The notes beneath the pieces were generated by a model. It was not told the origin of the DNA. It searched no databases and saw only the letters and a program-made list of their open reading frames with translations. Positions 57,386 to 64,000 of a stretch of 64,000 nucleotides of DNA are shown here, one piece after another (positions within the stretch are counted from its first letter, which is position 1; the number at the start of each line of letters is the position of its first letter). The DNA comes from Phallusia mammillata. Lineage: Eukaryota. The position numbers were made by a program, and so were the translations under genes. Location: assembly GCA_965637545.1 (NCBI GenBank), contig OZ281498.1, positions 9,486,001-9,550,000 on the forward strand. Direction: 5' to 3'.

Positions 57386-58537
57386 TTGTTACTGTTTTGC
57401 AATGTAACGAAATCCAAAAAGGTCTGATGAAAAGTATGAACAAATTTTCACAAAAAGTTATCTAATAATGCATGTTGAAAAAGACTAGTACGAATCGTCG
57501 CCAACGGTCTACTGAAACTTGTTTACCGTTTGGAGACCGCATTCCTATGCAAATGTACTACTTCTTGGCATCAACACTTCATCGCATCTTGGTCACGATC
57601 AGCATTTGAAAACGGCAGTTTGCGAAATAGTTTCACGGCTTAGATGCCGCAGCCGTCAGTGATTGGCTGCTTGTGGGATGACTCACCTTTACAAAAATAC
57701 GGAGCCGTTATACTTTACGGGATCGGTGTATTTGTTTGCAACACAAGATCGTGGGCCTGGACTTTAGTTTTACGACAATGCAACGTAGCTTTTGGTAACA
57801 ACAAGTTATCTGGACGAAAGTTCACTCTGAAAACCGCGTAAGGTTTTTTTTGTGTTTGCTGAAATGTTTATAACACGGATAAACGGAACCTCTCCTTTTA
57901 TTTTTATTTGGCCCACGATGTCGTGATAAAGGTGGTTTTGACCGTTGACCTTTAAGTGGTTGTAGGGGATTATTTAGCATGTAAAAGGTCTTTAATTTTG
58001 TCCAGCTTGCTAATCTTCTAAGTCTGGTTATGGTGACAAAAGTTTGCCTGATTTTTTGTGGCTTATACCCATAATAGAATAATATATCTCCTTGGTGCTT
58101 TTAAGGTTGGCTGTTGAAAGGGGAGTTTCATATATCCATGTTAATGTAGGAACACCACACACACACACATAACTGCCCGAGAGCTGTGTATTGTAAATAC
58201 AAATGATACAGACTTTAATTTAATATCACTTGTCCTTGTGTTTTCGTATTTTACTTCTGGCTGAGTTGCACCGAAATGCATTTGTTTTTCTTTTTGTGCT
58301 TAAATGTACCTGTGCCCCGGTCATTTGTTTTCATATTTTCTTTGGTGAAAACGTCGAAGGGCCAAAATGACTGTTAGTGATTTATGTTGGCAGTTTTGTG
58401 GGCACACGTAACTTCCTTCCTCCTAATTTTGATCCCGACTTTCATAACCCCGGGGTCTTATCTAAGGATCCATTTCTTGTGTAGATTGATGTGACAAAAT
58501 AGCTTGAGTCATAATAAAAACGTTTTTCCTTTTAAAG

Positions 58538-58600
58538 CAGAGTTTCTTAACCAGGGTTACATTTACCCCTTGGGGTAAATATGCAGAAGCAAAAAATTCA
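58538..58600. mobile_element. hAT MITE left-end fragment
   Basis: CAGAGTTTCTTAACC followed by the ATTTACCCC/GGGGTAAAT internal palindrome. Confidence 0.45.
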
Positions 58601-61600
58601 TTTACCTGATTTGGTCTATATTTTACACATTGCACTGACGCTATAAAGGTAAAAACCTTAACCATTTTCAATTTTAGTTTTGGCTTACATACCAGAGATA
58701 GCGAACTTTATGGCGTTACCACTGTTTTGTTTCAGAGTGTAGTCAAATTGTGGTTCATTATTGTGTAATGTTTTGTAAGTACTCATCAATAATGAGGGAT
58801 TTTGAAGGCTTTGCTTATACTTTCAAACGCGTATATCTTTTAATGTTTGGGTCAATGAAGAGTGGTTCAAACTGTTTTGTTTGTGCAAGTAATTTAGTTA
58901 CCGCAAGTTCTGGCTTAAAAACCTTGACGCCGTTTTACCCATAAGCACCTAATTGTAAAAACGTTTGGACCTGGAGTTTTATTTTTCAATAAAATTTGTG
59001 AAACTTCCTCTCTGTCACAATGACTATTGTTAAAAAACAGTTACAGTCGCGTTAGAAATATTCCATTCAAAAATAATACTATTGTTGTTGACATATTAAC
59101 CTTTAGCACACTTAGTCTTAATTTTTCACAATGGGTTATAACAAGAAAACAACAGACCACCATTCAAGGCATTTTCATCAATGAGCATGCCCGGTCAGTT
59201 GATCCACCATTGTCTGGATAAGAGCACCAATAAGATCTTGCCACGTATACTATCGGCTGTTGCAAGGGCTGTGCAATCACACCTTGTTCCGGTGATAAAC
59301 TCACGACTGTCACGCGTTTCGGTGCATCCGTCCGGCTATTATTCTTCCGCTCACCATTTCGTGTATTTCATAACGTCCTGATGATACCGTGTCCGATCCT
59401 GGTTATCGACCGCACGAACTCTTGATAATTATGTCTTCGTCCTAACGCAAATGGTGCAATGATTTAAGGCTTTAGTGTACAACCTTTTATCAATGGTGGG
59501 CCATAACATAACACAACTTATTTCACTATGTTGCTTACTAAACACACATGTATTAGGTAAAGCAGTTCACAGTGAGATTTTTAATGATTTTAGCCGCACT
59601 CTTAATCTATGAGAACAATAACAGCCCTGCATGATGTATTCTTGATACACAGGTTCTCTGGCAGTTATGTTTTTGAATAAGTTACCGTTCAAGTCCGTGC
59701 ATAGTGTTCCTAGTACAACCGCTCAAAAACAAACAAATAACAATTGCAATAGCTCGCTTGGTCTGCATTGAAATAGTTTATCAGGCCACACTTCATATAA
59801 AATCCAATCCAAACGCCATCCAATTGCGGGTCGCACAACCTTTTGAGTATTGGTGGTATGCTAATGTCAAGGACTGTACAGAAGATTAAATATATTGTGG
59901 TAACAGTATATTTTGCATGCAAATTCGCAAAGAAAACAGCAATTTATTACAACATAGACTGGGCATCGTTGACATTTTTGTGCGGATATTGGTCATTTCC
60001 TTTTGTTCTCCGTTTCGGATGAAAACATTCCTGTTTTTAATGCAATACAGAATCGAATTAACTTTCAAACTTACAAGCCATGTCTAAACTGGGTAACTCG
60101 ATCGGTATTTTCGCGTTGAACCGCCGTAGTTTGGAAACCGAGTCTTAAAAAATGTTCAATATCGGTTATTGTTTTTGTTCAAAATCATTACCATAGAATT
60201 CCTTAGTATTCTTGAAGTTTTATTTTGTGACAAAGCCTTGGTAATTTTTGCCACATCCAAGTATTTTACTTCCTTTCTAATTCAGCCTTGCCAGAAGTCG
60301 TTGTAATCCCCACTTGATTTAACCGCTACAAGAAAAGCACTTTTTAGTGTCAGTAAGGATTAAATGCTAGAACCTTGTTTTCGTCGTGGATTTTCCACAT
60401 TCTTACACATATTTAGGTCACATGCAAATAGAACGGCCGACAGAGATAGCATGTTTATAATGAATATATTTGTTGTAAAACGTTTTAACAGTCAATCATG
60501 TCATTATTGGTTCAATTGCATCGTGAGCTCAAAACAACTTTCAACGGAGCTTCACAAAAGCGGTAAAATTTTAAAATGCCACCAAATGACATCACACGAA
60601 TGGGCGTAAATAGCGTGCACTGTGCAGCCTTTGTATCTCTGGCACCTTTCTGCATATTTTTGCGTTTGATTAAATTCATTCCCAAGCAAAAAGCATTTGC
60701 ACAAAAGCTTCAGGTTTTGCCGGTTTTAAACGAAAAGTTACCGCAAATTCGATGTTGTGTACTCATGGTAGAGGTCTATACAGTACTAAAATCTTAATTG
60801 AATTTCGTGTTGAAGTATGTTTGCATGTATAAAAGAATGTTCAGACAAACATTTGTTACAATCCGCTGAAAAAGTTAATGTGGATGTTATATGTTCACAC
60901 AAACTGTACAATGCTATAGGTATAAAATCTTAACAGAAAGTTCCGCGTAAAAATTCGTGTGCAAATGAACTTTTGATACCAACCATAAAAATCCCGCAGA
61001 AAATTGCCCGTTTGCCGATTGCGTGAGTGTAAGAAATGCAATGAGAGCGACAGGAGCAAGCTGCAAATTTCCCGTGTATTTCTGGCAACAAAGAGGCACG
61101 AATTGGAAGGTTGTCCATCAGTGAAATGAGGACATTGGTGTTTTGGTCGTGGTTTCAGCTTAAAACTACCTTGTTTGAATGCTGGTATCCACACCTTGTT
61201 GTAGAAATACCAAACAAAACAACTTGTCAATACATTGATCAAAACAAATCATCCATAGAACTTATATGTACGTGGTATTGCAAACATTTCTACAACTGTT
61301 TTGGTTACCAGTGCCAATTCTGCAAAAAGTTTCGTTTTAAATCTATGTGTTAAGACATTTTTTGGAGTTTGAAACGGGGTGTCAATAAAGTTTTAATTTG
61401 CTTTAAACACGTACCTAGTGTGCGGCATCGGGTGGAATTGCAAATGTTACATAAGCAATAAGAATCGTCTTGCAACGCAGCACTGCAGAGCAATAACACA
61501 ACTGGAATCACGCCACAGCGAAAGCTGGTCCGAAATTAGAAAAAAGTTTTCGGTCAAAACGCACGCCTGGAGCAAATTTCTTGCGAAAAAGGCACTTTGT

Positions 61601-61989
61601 TGATTTAGAGTCGCAGACACGTGATTCGACCGACCAATAGGAAAGCGGGCCTGCGTTTATCACTCCGACCAGATTTTCCTATTTTCTTTAACACTAGCCT
61701 TGTTTTTTCAGGATCGATTTCCTAGAAGAGAGGAGAAGGAGCGATTTCCACAAGCACTTTACCTGCTTATCAAGGTACCAATTTGCATTCCAACCTTTAT
61801 CGATGTTTACAAATTAAAGTGCAGATTTTAGATATTTCTTAAACTTTTTAAGATTAGTGCAACTCGATCTGACTTTAATTTGTCTTTTATTCTTTCAAAA
61901 AATATTTCCCCCAAAACAAATTGTATTTAAAGTTTTGAATAAGGTTTATGTGTTCACAAACACTGTCATTATTACACAGAAGCTAACAA

Positions 61990-62580
61990 GGTTATTAAAG
62001 TATAAAGCTTGCGCGCTTCGGTGTCCGTCCGTTTACGAGCAGCCCTCTCCGCCATGTTGTGACGCGCCTCCAGGATCACGTGACCGCGCACCACGTGACT
62101 TTGTTTTTGTTGGCGTTCGCGAAATAAGCTGCGGCGGATCGAAGTGCGGTTTCTCGCGCTGCAGTGTTGCAGGTGGAACATTCGCGGGGGTCTGAGCTCG
62201 CGCGACTTGTGTGTAAAAGCGAAGCACTTGGCGACTCTCACCGGGTGCGAGGTTTAATTTGTCGCTCGCGCGGCGGGTGTTCTTCAAACGGGAAATCACT
62301 TTTGGATCGGTTAATGGCCCGTCGACCTTCTCTGGGAGCAATCTGTGGCCGCGATTGTTGGCAATCCTTGCCATATGCACAGCTGTGCGAGTCGCGATAA
62401 CCGATTTACCTCACCTGAAGTGGTTGCTTATTTGAGAGCTATGCTTACCGCTTTATTCCTTTTTGCGGTCTTATGCTCGCGATGTCGAAGGAAATTGGGT
62501 GGAAAGGCGACATTATTACGCGACCGGGTCACAAAGGGCCAAAACGAGCCGATGGCGTAAATGTGACGTATGTGATTGCC
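61990..62580. promoter_or_regulatory. CpG-island-like promoter / first-exon region
   Basis: Highest CpG density in the window; CCGCCATGTT (YY1-like) 62049-62058; TCACGTGAC 62076 and CCACGTGAC 62091; strong minus-strand donor CAG|GTGAGG at 62415/62414. Confidence 0.55.
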
Positions 62581-64000
62581 GAGCGTAGCAGGTGCTTAAG
62601 CAAAATTGCTTGATTGAGGAGGCTGTAATTTTGTCCCAAGCAAATATGCCTGTTAGGCTTTTGTGACAATTGGAAAGGTTTCCTGAAGACTTTTGTGAAC
62701 CCAGAATAGGTTTAAACAACCGTCTCAACACTTCATACAAATCTCACGCATGCAAAACACACCTAAACCGTCTTTACATGTACAAAATCCATATATAAGC
62801 TGTACACAATATTATGCCTCAAATTTACGCTGACTCGAAAATTGTAACCCCACACTGTTTTGGTTTGTTCAAGTTTAAAGGTCAACTTTGTATTCAGCAG
62901 AACCCTTAATGCTTGTGTTGTCATTGCTCGTCCGGGCCAATTATTTACCATCCAGTTTCGAAATTGATTTGCGTCCTTCCTGTATCGACACGTTTGCAGC
63001 GGTTGTTCCGCACCACAACTGTGCTGTATACAAGACGTTAACTGAGAAATGCTTTTCCCGGTGTCGCGGGGCTGAAAGAAATCAACAAACATTTGACGGT
63101 AAGTTGGCCCGGTGATAAATCGACGAGGGTTTTAATGCTGCTCGTAAATCGTGTACTTCCCAATCATCCCTGGCACGTTTGCTCTTTGGCTAAAGCTCGG
63201 TTTCAACATTAACCAAGTAGGTCCATGCATTGTGTGCAAGAGGAGACTGTTGGCGTGGGCAAAAACTGCCTCTGAAATGCTGTAAAAACTATTTGTACAG
63301 GCTGCAACTTTTTATGTTGTGTGCTAATTCCAAGTGTTCCCTTTGCTGGCCTTTTTTGTTTTGCGTATTGTTTTGAAAGTAAGTCGAATGCCACAGAACT
63401 GTGACTTTCAAAACCGTTCAAATAGTTGCACGCCCTCTTTTTACGGCCAATCAATTAATCTTATGGTATATGACACTTTTAATATATCCTCCAACACTCT
63501 GGTGTGAACTCCAAAGGGGGTGGAGCCGGCCACAAATTTCAAAAGAGGATGCCAGTTGGCCGAAATAACCTAGTTCCCAGTAACGTAATGGCATTAGGCA
63601 TCATTTTGCAAAGCGGTCTTCTGGGCACTGAAGAAGTTGTATCTGTACTGTTTTGGAAGTTACAGATTAGGCAGTTGGTGTTATCAACCACCGGGAACGC
63701 TATTGTTGGCACATTACATTTGCAAAGAGACTTTCACCATCGTGTATGCGTAGGCATGGCCTCGTTGTGTGTATGTTACAGACAGGAGAAACGAGCATAT
63801 GGTTATTACCATGCATCGTTTCTCCCGTTGCACAACAAACACCGCAATAACATAACTCCCACAAGTGCATGCATCATTCCCAAACCTATTGCGCAACATT
63901 TTTTTTCCATTTCAAGCAAAGGGCGGTGACTCAAAAGCAATCCAAAAGCGCTTTCCAATTTAAATCGCTTGCATTTGGCTCGCCGCACTTCCGTTCAATC

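Noticed and set aside
62763-63092. ORF containing QFRNWMVNNW, superficially like homeodomain helix 3
   Set aside because: No WF.N.R motif, no helix 1/2 pattern, and no supporting exon structure.
63504-63929. Longest ORF in the desert (141 aa)
   Set aside because: GTG start, no domain similarity I recognise, and random-looking composition.

Overview
Animal genomic DNA, AT-rich with some 65-70 nt introns; most likely an ascidian tunicate (inference from gene compactness, operon-like spacing and protein divergence, not proven). Four conserved genes can be read directly. SMAP1/2 ArfGAP (minus strand, 11 coding exons, 486 aa, complete). PREB/SEC12 (minus; its 3' half falls in a 200-N assembly gap). 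An F-box/Kelch FBXO42-like gene (minus, intronless CDS) ending only 153 nt before the PREB ATG, which looks like an SL trans-spliced operon. A four-RRM PTB gene (plus, intronless CDS) head-to-head with FBXO42. The 10-25 kb region is dense in hAT MITEs with 8-bp TSDs, including nested insertions whose order can be read. There are also LINE/SINE-like 3' ends and Penelope-type minimal hammerhead ribozyme motifs. From about 31.7 kb to the window end I find no recognisable protein-coding sequence. That region is MITE-poor, rich in TCACGTGA and CCAAT motifs, carries scattered candidate exons and hairpins, and has a CpG-rich promoter at about 62 kb; it looks like a large regulatory domain or giant intron. 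No CRISPR, tRNA or rRNA found. All analysis was by eye; no database search or folding was run. The best leads are the SMAP intron-6 hairpin, the intronless PTB and its possible replacement autoregulation, the FBXO42-PREB operon and the TCACGTGA-rich desert.
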